A stretch of 64,000 nucleotides of DNA from the IMG/VR virus record IMGVR_UViG_3300022750_000001, positions 1 to 64,000 of that record; one strand, given 5' to 3'. Below the pieces are notes generated by a model. That model saw nothing but the letters and a program-made list of their open reading frames with translations, did not search any database and was not told the DNA's origin. The DNA is from a virus. Numbering within the stretch: the stretch's first letter is position 1; each line of letters begins with the position of its first letter. Shown piece after piece: positions 56,740 to 64,000 of the stretch. A program made the translations under genes and the position numbers.

Positions 56740-57390
56740 TTATTTGATACCAGTTAAGCCTCTAGCAATCTCTCTTGCTTCTTTATCTAAAGCATTAACG
56801 TCGATAGCAGTTTCTACCGCCTTAGATGGAGATTTAACTACTTCTTTAGCTACTGATTTAGCAGCATCTTTGGCAGATTTTTTTGGTGCTGCAACTTCTT
56901 TGCTTTCTTTTGCAGGTGCGATAGCTTTAGTATCTTTTTTGGTTACTTTAGCTACCTTAGCTACTGCTTTTGGTGCAGCCTCAGGTTTCTTAGGTGCTTT
57001 GTAAGAGATTAAGTTCTCTCTGTTGACATCAGATGACTTCGTAGTCCAACTTTTGTCAGCACTAAAGTGTTCTTTACCTGCGTTTGGGTGATTAGCAATA
57101 GCCTCTTTAATAGCGGCTTTAACTTCGGTATAAGACATAGCATTAACTTGCTTTGCAGTTAAACCTGATTTAGTTTTAACAGGGTACAAGAATACGTTGA
57201 TGTCACCTTCACCGATTTTAGCATCAGGGTGTTCTAAAGTATTTCTTGTTGAAGCATCAATAACCTTCATGCCATTGTAGTTAACTCCTGCTTTTGAAAG
57301 GTCTTTTTGTAATTCTGCCCAATTTGTAGCTGAAGTTTCAACTTTCTTACCTACACCTGTACCTACTGTGTGAACTGTTACTTTTCTCAT
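56740..57390 (-). CDS. ubiquitin/ThiS-like beta-grasp domain fused to a Lys/Ala/Pro-rich histone-H1-like tail
   Basis: 216 aa. aa 1-76 (nt 57163-57390) follow the beta-grasp pattern, ending KIGEGDINVFLYPVKTKSG (cf ThiS VQDGDQILLFQVIAGG). aa ~133-195 read KKPEAAPKAVAKVAKVTKKDTKAIAPAKESKEVAAPKKSAKDAAKSVAKEVVK. Confidence 0.55.
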   Translation of the reverse strand: MRKVTVHTVGTGVGKKVETSATNWAELQKDLSKAGVNYNGMKVIDASTRNTLEHPDAKIGEGDINVFLYPVKTKSGLTAKQVNAMSYTEVKAAIKEAIANHPNAGKEHFSADKSWTTKSSDVNRENLISYKAPKKPEAAPKAVAKVAKVTKKDTKAIAPAKESKEVAAPKKSAKDAAKSVAKEVVKSPSKAVETAIDVNALDKEAREIARGLTGIK

Positions 57391-57398
57391 GATTTTTG

Positions 57399-57414
57399 TT
57401 TTAAACGTTTAAAA
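57399..57414. promoter_or_regulatory. perfect 16-bp palindrome upstream of the Ubl/H1-like gene
   Basis: TTTTAAACGTTTAAAA lies in the 29-nt gap between the UDG stop (57420) and the ATG at 57390. It is a possible operator. A/T-rich palindromes can arise by chance. Confidence 0.3.
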
Positions 57415-57419
57415 TTTAT

Positions 57420-58130
57420 TTATTTCCAATTAATTGTACTTTTGCCATTATCCCTAAGAAGATTGTTAACCTTAGTGAAATGGTTGCACCCATAATAACC
57501 ACCCTTGCTGTTTGGGTACATCTCTGTAGCAGGGTGTGAGCATGACATTGTTCTATTTGGGAGTGAACCTGAAACTCTTCCTGCTTCATGGTGTTCAAAT
57601 ACTTCCCAACCCATCTCTCTTGCATGCGCTCCCCATAATAACCATATAGGTTTAACTTCTGATGCGATAATATGTACCACACCTCTTATGAACTTATCCC
57701 AATATGGTTTATGACTACCAGCTTCATTTGCTTTAACTGTTAATGAAGTATTGAGTAAGAATACACCTTGATGAAACCAGTTGACTAAAGTCTTATCAAA
57801 GATAAAGTCTTTATCATCTGTACTAGGTATAATCTTCTCATTGATTAATTCTCTCTGAATAACTTGGAGAGAAGGTGGTGTCTTTATGTGTTGTGGAACT
57901 GCGAAAGCTAGACCTGTAGCCTGTGCAAAGTTTGGATAGGGGTCTTGACCTAATATAACCACCCTGATTTTATCAAGTGGCATCTCAAACACTCTAAAGA
58001 TATTCTCCCTCTTAGGGTAGAAATTCTGATTAGGTAGTATCTGAGTGTTTAACTCTACAAGTTCGGGTATATTAAAAAGGTCTTCAATGTGTTTATGCCA
58101 AGATTCATGTATTATACTAGGTATTGCCAT
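57420..58130 (-). CDS. ung: uracil-DNA glycosylase (family 1)
   Basis: 236 aa. VVILGQDPYPNFAQATGLAFAV (catalytic GQDPY water-activating loop), VFLLNTSLTV, LLWGAHA, and a CSHPA His-containing leucine-loop region. Confidence 0.8.
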   Translation of the reverse strand: MAIPSIIHESWHKHIEDLFNIPELVELNTQILPNQNFYPKRENIFRVFEMPLDKIRVVILGQDPYPNFAQATGLAFAVPQHIKTPPSLQVIQRELINEKIIPSTDDKDFIFDKTLVNWFHQGVFLLNTSLTVKANEAGSHKPYWDKFIRGVVHIIASEVKPIWLLWGAHAREMGWEVFEHHEAGRVSGSLPNRTMSCSHPATEMYPNSKGGYYGCNHFTKVNNLLRDNGKSTINWK

Positions 58131-59163
58131 ATAATCTATGTTGCCTTAAAAAAATGTCTAACTCTTTATCACCTAACTTCCAATACATTTCAGCAGCATC
58201 AGTAATGCCTTTGTCTTGTTTTAAGTGTTCAGGTAACCATATAGCCTCTGCTATATTTGGGTAATATCCATTAAATATATCTGCAAGTTTTTGTGATTCT
58301 CTTATACCTGTTAAATCATTGTCGTAAAAGAATACTATCCTTTGACACCTACTTACTAGGTCTGTGATTATTTCTTTACTAGGTATGGAACCTTCATTTT
58401 GCGTACCTATAGATGTACACCCCATATTTCTAACTACCCTACAGTCCTTATATGATTTCTCTACTACAAGCACCTCTATTTTTTCAGATGGTAAATTCTT
58501 GTAGTTAAATATATCGTTCTCTGTACAGTTGGTTATGAACTTATGTTTAATATCGTTAGGTCTATATACCTTAACTCTTGAACCAAACTCGGCAAATACG
58601 TATACTCTATCTTTAGGTCTAATAGTTACCCATCTGTTTAATTTAGCTGAATATACTTTATACCAAGTAGCTGCATATACCTCATCATCTATTAGATGCT
58701 GTTTGTGTATACCAAATTTAGACCAATCTTTAGAATCTGATTGTGTGAAAGGTCTAGGCTTGTAAATAATCTGCGCTCTCTGTTTCTCTACACTAGGTCT
58801 AAGTTGGTCAGGTGTAAGTACCTTTTTAGGTACAACCATATTACTATTCTCTCCTAAACCTAACTTAAAGTGAGTATTAATTAGCTTAAGTGCATCTATG
58901 TAGCCTATCTTATAGTAATCCATTACAAATACTATAGGTACTCTATGTGTCTTAATATCACCAAAGTCTATAAAGAAGAGTTTTTCATTCCATTCTTCAA
59001 ACCAAGCCCCAGGAAATCTATCTTTTGCTTTTATTGGATTGACTATCCTTTGATATGGTATAGGTTTGAACCCAAGAATCATCTCAATGATTTCCTCCTG
59101 ACTAACCCTCTTTAATATCTCTTCCTCTGTTAGAGGAACAAACTCTATAAATTCACCATACAT
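58117..59163 (-). CDS. TOPRIM-domain DNA primase
   Basis: The track start at 59193 is TTG; the first ATG at 59163 gives MYGEFIEF.... TOPRIM motifs are TQNEGSIP (Glu) and RIVFFYDNDLTGIRESQKLA (DxD). No obvious Cys4 zinc finger. Confidence 0.55.
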   Translation of the reverse strand: MYGEFIEFVPLTEEEILKRVSQEEIIEMILGFKPIPYQRIVNPIKAKDRFPGAWFEEWNEKLFFIDFGDIKTHRVPIVFVMDYYKIGYIDALKLINTHFKLGLGENSNMVVPKKVLTPDQLRPSVEKQRAQIIYKPRPFTQSDSKDWSKFGIHKQHLIDDEVYAATWYKVYSAKLNRWVTIRPKDRVYVFAEFGSRVKVYRPNDIKHKFITNCTENDIFNYKNLPSEKIEVLVVEKSYKDCRVVRNMGCTSIGTQNEGSIPSKEIITDLVSRCQRIVFFYDNDLTGIRESQKLADIFNGYYPNIAEAIWLPEHLKQDKGITDAAEMYWKLGDKELDIFLRQHRLYGNT

Positions 59164-59229
59164 ATCTTTACCCCTAGAAAACAAGAATAGCAAAGTTCTT
59201 AGGAAACCTTGCTATTCAATAAGATTAAA

Positions 59230-60051
59230 TTACCAACCCGCAGGTTTTGGTTGTGCAGGAGCAGCACCCACAGCAGCAGCTTGTGCTTGACCGCCTATAG
59301 CTGAACCATCTGTAGCAGTTTCTTCTCCATCTTCTCTCTGCTCATTAGCAAAGTTAGATTTAACGAACCAACCACTTCTTACAAATGGATGAATATTACC
59401 TTTACCATCTACATACATTAATGCATTAGTATCAGTATCAGCAGGAGACTCTTTGCGAACTTCTTTCCATTCACCTAAAGTACCATCAGCATTTAAAGGT
59501 TGAACTGCTCTACATAACCAAGCACCATACTTCATAGTCTTAGGTACTTGTAAGAATGTTCTTGTGTTCTCACCTTGTACTTGCCATTGATACTGCATAA
59601 ATACATCTAGGGGTACTAACTGACATCCTGCAGGAAACATAGATGCTACTGCATTACAGTATGATGCAAAACTATTTAAGTGACCTGCTTGACCTGCTGC
59701 CTGAAAAGCTGCTTGAATTTGCTCCTTAGTAAGGAAAGCCCTTAAAAGGTGACTAATAATACCATTGAAAGTATCAAAAGCCTCAATCATCTTAGGATGA
59801 TTAATGTCTGTGATAATTACATTGTTTTCTCCGTAAGCTTGAGTTACTGGGAACATTCTCATACTAGTTTCAGAACCATTAATGGTAAGTACAATGTCTA
59901 AAGCCTCTGCTGCTTCTCCACCTTTACCACCATTAGCTGTATAACCGAACTTACTTAAGAATGTTTTACCTGCATTTAACCCAAATGCTCTAGTGATTAC
60001 GCTTACCTGACTCTCGTCATCTGCATAACCATATCCACCTACTTTTGACAT
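59230..60051 (-). CDS. putative ssDNA-binding / annealing protein (positional)
   Basis: 273 aa, located between the primase and an ATPase/helicase cluster. Gly/Ala/Gln-rich flexible C-terminal tail ending in an aromatic residue (...AQPKPAGW). No secure OB-fold motif could be read. Confidence 0.3.
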   Translation of the reverse strand: MSKVGGYGYADDESQVSVITRAFGLNAGKTFLSKFGYTANGGKGGEAAEALDIVLTINGSETSMRMFPVTQAYGENNVIITDINHPKMIEAFDTFNGIISHLLRAFLTKEQIQAAFQAAGQAGHLNSFASYCNAVASMFPAGCQLVPLDVFMQYQWQVQGENTRTFLQVPKTMKYGAWLCRAVQPLNADGTLGEWKEVRKESPADTDTNALMYVDGKGNIHPFVRSGWFVKSNFANEQREDGEETATDGSAIGGQAQAAAVGAAPAQPKPAGW

Positions 60052-60089
60052 AGTATTTTATTTAATGTTTAATTGATTTTAAAATAGTA

Positions 60090-60117
60090 AGGGCTGATGA
60101 AATTATCCATCAGCCCT
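60090..60117 (-). terminator. rho-independent terminator-like hairpin
   Basis: Stem AGGGCTGATG (60090-60099) / CATCAGCCCT (60108-60117) with an 8-nt loop. On the minus strand it is followed by ACTATTTTAAAATC. It lies downstream of the 133-aa gene. Confidence 0.55.
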
Positions 60118-60149
60118 CATTCCTTCCTAGCTGTAAGGATTAAGCTTGA

Positions 60150-60551
60150 TTAAGAGAAAGATTCTCTTTGCTCAGTAGTCTGCTCACCAAAAGGAGATGG
60201 TGAACTAGTTACTGTTTCAGCTTCAGCAGTAACGATACCTTCAGCATTTGCATTAGATGCAGCAGGAGCAGCAGTGTTTTCAGCACCACCTTCTACTTTA
60301 GGTTTAGCAGGAGTTTTCACTTCTTCGGCAGATACGTTAGTAACTGGTGAACCTTCTACGGTATCATCAATGATTTCCATTGCACCTGCAACGCGGTTAC
60401 GGCTTAAACCTTTCAAAGAATCGTGTGCAAACAAAGCTTTCATTTGACCATGAGTTAATCCTAACTCTGCTTTGATTTCTTTACGGTTTTTACCTGCTGC
60501 TGCTAAATCTTTAACTGCTTGAATACTGATTACTTTTTTTTCAGTTGACAT
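60150..60551 (-). CDS. small helix-turn-helix-like protein with disordered tail
   Basis: 133 aa. The N-terminal KNRKEIKAELGLTHGQMKALF looks like an HTH. The C-terminal Ala/Glu/Thr-rich tail contains SPSPFGEQ. Confidence 0.4.
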   Translation of the reverse strand: MSTEKKVISIQAVKDLAAAGKNRKEIKAELGLTHGQMKALFAHDSLKGLSRNRVAGAMEIIDDTVEGSPVTNVSAEEVKTPAKPKVEGGAENTAAPAASNANAEGIVTAEAETVTSSPSPFGEQTTEQRESFS

Positions 60552-60609
60552 AACTTTAATTGTTTTTTGTGTATAAATTGTGTTAATTGTTTACTAAACT
60601 GTGTGTTCA

Positions 60610-61740
60610 CTATCCAAAGGGTGAACTTCCTTGTTGTACTGGTGGTACTACTGTACCAAATGGTTGCTGACTTGGTGTGTGTATAGATACAGGTACTTCT
60701 ACTGCTTCCTCTACTGTATCATCTACAATCTGCATACCTGCAACCTCTTCTACATTGGGTTGTGGTGTTGTAGGATAGAAGTTATCTACATCTTCTACTG
60801 CTTCGTTAACCACTTCCTCAGTAACTTGTTCTTCAACTACTTGTTCAACAACTGGTACTGATGGTTGTTCAACTGTTGGTGCAGGTGCTGTAGTACTTGG
60901 TGGTGCTAATGCTCCTGAACCAAATGCTGCACCCTCTGCAACTACTGCTTGTACTGGTCTGTTAGGAATATAAGATGGTAAATTATCAACCGATGGTAAT
61001 TCCTCTCCATCATAATAAGCTTTGATACATCTTTTAACAAATCCTAAGTCATTAGGTATATACAAAGGTAACATTCCTGGAGCAGATTTCGCAGGAAAAG
61101 TTTCATCTTCGTTGGTAACATAGAACTTTTCTAGTTTTTTAGTAGAATCATTCCATTGACTATAACCAAACAACATGACATCAAACTTACCCTCAGGAGT
61201 AATCATATCATCTGTGGTCTTACCAGTAGTCTTCATTTTAAACGTAATCTCGCCCTTATTGTTTTTCTTGTTTTCAGTATAGTGAGCAAGCATGAATACA
61301 GTTTTACCTGCTTTACCTGCTTTCTCTACTGCTGCAAACAGTTTAGACATAAAGTGACCTGCTTTCTTAGGAGCATCCCAACCTGTAGCTAATGACTTCT
61401 CCATCATATAGTCTTGCATGTAGTAGTTGGTATCATCAATTACGATGTTATCAATTGCTGCTACACCTGCAAGATAGTCTACGACCTTAGCTGCCACATA
61501 AGCATCACTGGTAATTACCCTTCTTCCATAAGGTATTTGGCTCAAATCACTAAGTGTGGCATTAACTACTGGAAACATTCTTGCTGAACCTCTCCTTGGT
61601 AGTGGCTTTGAAGTCTCACTGATAAAGTAAGTATTCTCAGGGCTTAACCCTAGAATATCTATACCTAGTTCAGGTTCTCGACATCCACACGCTGAAATTG
61701 TCTTACCAAACCCTGATGGGGCTAATACTAAAACTTTCAT
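60610..61740 (-). CDS. AAA_24/Sak4-like RecA-fold ATPase with acidic Val/Glu-rich C-terminal extension
   Basis: 376 aa. Walker A VLVLAPSGFGKT and Walker B IDNIVIDDTNYYM. The last ~110 aa are low complexity (VEEQVTEEVVNEAVEDV...) and end ...QQPFGTVVPPVQQGSSPFG. Confidence 0.6.
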   Translation of the reverse strand: MKVLVLAPSGFGKTISACGCREPELGIDILGLSPENTYFISETSKPLPRRGSARMFPVVNATLSDLSQIPYGRRVITSDAYVAAKVVDYLAGVAAIDNIVIDDTNYYMQDYMMEKSLATGWDAPKKAGHFMSKLFAAVEKAGKAGKTVFMLAHYTENKKNNKGEITFKMKTTGKTTDDMITPEGKFDVMLFGYSQWNDSTKKLEKFYVTNEDETFPAKSAPGMLPLYIPNDLGFVKRCIKAYYDGEELPSVDNLPSYIPNRPVQAVVAEGAAFGSGALAPPSTTAPAPTVEQPSVPVVEQVVEEQVTEEVVNEAVEDVDNFYPTTPQPNVEEVAGMQIVDDTVEEAVEVPVSIHTPSQQPFGTVVPPVQQGSSPFG

Positions 61741-61763
61741 ACAAATATATAAATTAAATTAAG

Positions 61764-62879
61764 TTAACTGTTAGTTAGTGGACCAAAATAATTAATACCA
61801 CCAAACATATTCACTTGTATATGTGCAGGACATACAGGAGCATTCCTAGCCTCAACTACATGTATACTTCTATACTTGGGATGCTTATCAACTTCAACAC
61901 CAAAGTGTTTAGTTAGATTGTACTTGTCATCACTAGGATTAAACATAGTTAGTACAACATTAGCATCTTCTGATAGGTTACCTGTATCTTTAAGGTCATC
62001 TCCTGTAGGATAGATAAACTCTCCTGCATGTTTCATTCTCTCAACTGAAGCTAGATTTCTATTAGTGTGGACAATATCAACAAAAGTACAACCTATTAAA
62101 TCTCTTAACTCTACATGATACTCTGATAACTTATCCACATTCTGCTTAAGAGTAAAGCCTTGTTCTATTCTAGGCTTTCTCATGTGGTCAGTTAGTATAA
62201 TCCAATATTCTTCAGGGTCATTAGCTTCATAGCCTACTATCCTGTGTCTAGTTACTGGTCTACCTTTATCGTCTTCTGTAGTATAGGGTTCTGTTATAAG
62301 TCTGCCATTTTGTTTAGCTACATTCATAATGTAGTTTCTGATGCCAGTAGGATTCTCTTTCTCCGTAATAAAATCAATCTTGCCTTTGTGTATTTTCTGA
62401 CCTGCTGTGTCATACTCACCAAACAAAGGTATGATTCTTTGGTTATAAATCCTAATTAAAATGTCCTTATGTTCCTGTGAAACTACAATAGGTTGGTCTT
62501 CATCATCAGTCATCATACCCATAAGGTATTCTGCTGACATCTCGTAGACTTTCTCTTTCCAAATGAACTGAGAGATGTTATGGTCAAGAAAGAAGTAATA
62601 TGAAGCGTATTTGAACTCTTTGGATATACGGTCAATCTCATAAGAGAAATAAGTCCACTTGATTTTATCAGTTTTACCCTCTTTAATCATCTGCTCCCAA
62701 GGTGCTAATACAAAACAAGCATCTGCCAGTGTAGTCTTACCTACTTTAGGTGCTGCTGCTATTGCATATATATGCTTTCTTTGTACTCCATTAATTGACC
62801 TATTAAGTTCAGGTATACCTGTTGTTAAACCTCTATTTCTACCTTCTTGACCTTTTTCAAATACTACTGGTAAATTCAT
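61764..62879 (-). CDS. DnaB-family replicative helicase (RecA-like core)
   Basis: 371 aa. Walker A AAAPKVGKTTLA, Walker B YWIILTDHMRK, and a downstream VHTNRNL (cf SQLNR). Confidence 0.6.
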   Translation of the reverse strand: MNLPVVFEKGQEGRNRGLTTGIPELNRSINGVQRKHIYAIAAAPKVGKTTLADACFVLAPWEQMIKEGKTDKIKWTYFSYEIDRISKEFKYASYYFFLDHNISQFIWKEKVYEMSAEYLMGMMTDDEDQPIVVSQEHKDILIRIYNQRIIPLFGEYDTAGQKIHKGKIDFITEKENPTGIRNYIMNVAKQNGRLITEPYTTEDDKGRPVTRHRIVGYEANDPEEYWIILTDHMRKPRIEQGFTLKQNVDKLSEYHVELRDLIGCTFVDIVHTNRNLASVERMKHAGEFIYPTGDDLKDTGNLSEDANVVLTMFNPSDDKYNLTKHFGVEVDKHPKYRSIHVVEARNAPVCPAHIQVNMFGGINYFGPLTNS

Positions 62880-63467
62880 CTACTTCACTATTCCTTTCAT
62901 GTTTCTTTGAGCGATTACATCTGTTTCTGCATGTTGGTTACCCAATACCTCTAAAAACATATCTAATCTACTACCTAGCTGACTTGTACCTGAACCTCTC
63001 TCTATCTTAGAGATGAAGTAATCTGCTCTTTGTAGGAATTTTACTTGCTGAGTACCCATTTCAAATGGATGTAAGTATAACTTAGTAGCTTTAATCACAT
63101 CATCCTTTCTAACTAGTGGATGCTCTGAAAAATACTTCTTCATCTTCTTAGTACATTCAGCCTTTGTACCTATAGCATCTCCTCTGATTTTACCAAATAG
63201 AGGTCTAAACTCTGTGTTAACCCAATCCCAATTCTTATCAACCACATCTTCATCTTCATACAAAGATATATTCCACTTAAGTGTACTATCAGTATAATCT
63301 CTCTCTACTATTTTTGTAGAGTTTATCATGGCGATGTCACTCTCACTTCTGTCTGTTAGGGGAGAATAGGTTAACTCATGGTATTGACACATTAAATATA
63401 GAACTCCTATGTTATATGGTATACCTGCTTTTTCTAATCTTTCTTTTATTAATGGATTGATTTTCAT
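62880..63467 (-). CDS. hypothetical protein (between two helicase genes)
   Basis: 195-aa ATG ORF abutting the DnaB-like gene and overlapping the SF2 helicase stop by 4 nt. Confidence 0.5.
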   Translation of the reverse strand: MKINPLIKERLEKAGIPYNIGVLYLMCQYHELTYSPLTDRSESDIAMINSTKIVERDYTDSTLKWNISLYEDEDVVDKNWDWVNTEFRPLFGKIRGDAIGTKAECTKKMKKYFSEHPLVRKDDVIKATKLYLHPFEMGTQQVKFLQRADYFISKIERGSGTSQLGSRLDMFLEVLGNQHAETDVIAQRNMKGIVK

Positions 63468-64000
63468 ATTGTCTCCTTGCCTGAAATTAAATCTTCAATC
63501 ATTACTCTTTTGATGTTATCAGGATTTATACCTGATATGGCTGAGTATGCCCAATCTCTAGCTTCTGTACCTAATGCTACTAACACTATGAACTTACCTC
63601 TGTGACCTATTCTGTATCTAAGTAATCTACCTAACATCTGAACTAATCCACCATCATCACTATCTAAGCCTATAGCTAAGCCTACATCTAACATTGGTAA
63701 ATTAGCACCTTCATTAAGTTTCTTGACTGAGGCTATTCTACTGATTTCCCCTCTACAGAATGCTTCTAAGTCTTCTTCACCTCTGTATCTCTCAAGCTGT
63801 TTTTGTATTTTAGCTTTGTAGACCTCGGTGTCATCTTCCTTGAAACTTGGTTTTGATATGTATGTGTGTTCACATAGAGCCATTGCCTGCTCTTTTGAGC
63901 CTGCAAAAATTAAAGTTCTTTCTTCCTTGCCAATGAATTTATCTAGGATAAATTTAGCACTTTTTTCTAAGGATGGCAAGGTTTTTAGAAATCTTCTTCG
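63464..64000 (-). CDS. SF2 helicase, C-terminal domain (5' end outside window)
   Basis: The frame stays open to the window edge (the TTG at 63979 is not the real start). Helicase motifs IV-VI are TLIFAGSKEQA, NEGANLPMLDVG and VQMLGRLLR (QxxGRxxR). Confidence 0.65.
   Translation of the reverse strand, partial: RRRFLKTLPSLEKSAKFILDKFIGKEERTLIFAGSKEQAMALCEHTYISKPSFKEDDTEVYKAKIQKQLERYRGEEDLEAFCRGEISRIASVKKLNEGANLPMLDVGLAIGLDSDDGGLVQMLGRLLRYRIGHRGKFIVLVALGTEARDWAYSAISGINPDNIKRVMIEDLISGKETI

Noticed and set aside
56744-57004. 86-aa plus-strand ORF (Ala/Leu/Ser/Thr-rich).
   Set aside because: It is antisense to the Lys/Ala/Pro-rich tail of the 216-aa gene and is a composition artefact.
57416-57714. 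Two ORFs (57416-57682 minus, 57505-57714 plus) overlapping the UDG gene.
   Set aside because: The UDG frame carries the complete family-1 motifs. The alternatives have no motifs and an odd composition.
9154-59193. TTG-initiated starts given by the ORF track at 9154, 12027, 49981, 59193 and 63979.
   Set aside because: In each case a nearby in-frame ATG (9172, 12036, 49936, 59163) removes an overlap or hairpin conflict. For 63979 the frame is simply open to the window edge. Starts were adjusted but remain unverified.
60631-61392. Plus-strand ORFs 60631-60861 and 61156-61392, rich in Tyr/Cys/Phe/Leu.
   Set aside because: They lie inside the Walker A/B ATPase gene on the opposite strand and have an implausible composition.
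1995-63010. About 40 short ORFs (60-107 aa) in the supplied track lie inside longer genes, either antisense or in an alternative frame. Examples: 1995-2213, 3823-4056, 5543-5770, 13386-13589, 13898-14113, 18853-19044, 24225-24434, 25474-25662, 26515-26718, 30988-31182, 31801-31986, 33526-33765, 33967-34149, 36427-36750, 38090-38296, 41022-41842, 41998-42228, 42490-42729, 43947-44207, 46913-47098, 48524-48715, 48748-49005, 52502-52723, 52971-53153, 56266-56457, 58529-58765, 62244-62459, 62659-63010.
   Set aside because: Each is fully embedded in a much longer ORF that has clear motifs or fits the tight co-directional packing. Their translations are low-complexity or Leu/Ile/Ser/Cys-rich, as expected from out-of-frame reading of AT-rich coding DNA.
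1-64000. Search for tRNA/rRNA genes, CRISPR repeats, integrase or transposase genes, attachment-site-like long direct repeats, and stop-codon reassignment.
   Set aside because: No intergenic gap exceeds about 140 nt and none folds into a cloverleaf by eye. No regularly spaced repeats were seen. No Tyr/Ser recombinase or DDE motifs were noticed. ORFs of up to 12.6 kb are uninterrupted under the standard code, so recoding is not needed.

Overview
AT-rich, very gene-dense dsDNA phage sequence with no rRNA, tRNA, CRISPR array, transposase or integrase visible. Start codons are preceded by A/T-rich leaders rather than GGAGG-type Shine-Dalgarno motifs, which fits a phage of a Bacteroidota-type host (inference). 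Two convergent arms meet at about 42.3 kb.

(1) Plus strand, 1-42266, is a late/virion arm. It holds a candidate capsid gene with a strong terminator and three large fibre/spike genes, one carrying a clan GH-A glycosidase signature. Cadherin-like and membrane proteins follow, then a T7-like order of adaptor-position gene, 1589-aa nozzle-position protein and four very large internal or ejected-type proteins (694, 780, 4207 and 1561 aa). The 4207-aa protein carries a beta-prime-like double-psi beta-barrel with a DFDVD metal motif, so it is a likely virion RNA polymerase, and it also has a C-terminal HExxH motif.

(2) Minus strand, 42324-64000, is an early/replication arm. It encodes an SF2 helicase fragment, DnaB-like helicase, AAA_24/Sak4-like ATPase, SSB-position protein, TOPRIM primase, UDG, two PD-(D/E)xK nucleases, a dNMP-kinase-like P-loop protein, ThyA-family enzyme, dUTPase-like protein, MazG and many small orphans.

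The most unusual element is a block at 52.2-57.4 kb. It contains a 76-aa ThiS/ubiquitin-like beta-grasp fused to a histone-H1-like tail, a 639-aa orphan, a JAMM/JAB peptidase, a ThiF/E1-like adenylase and a 224-aa orphan.

Terminase, portal, DNA polymerase and a recognisable endolysin were not seen in this window. All functional calls come from motif reading by eye; no searches were run.
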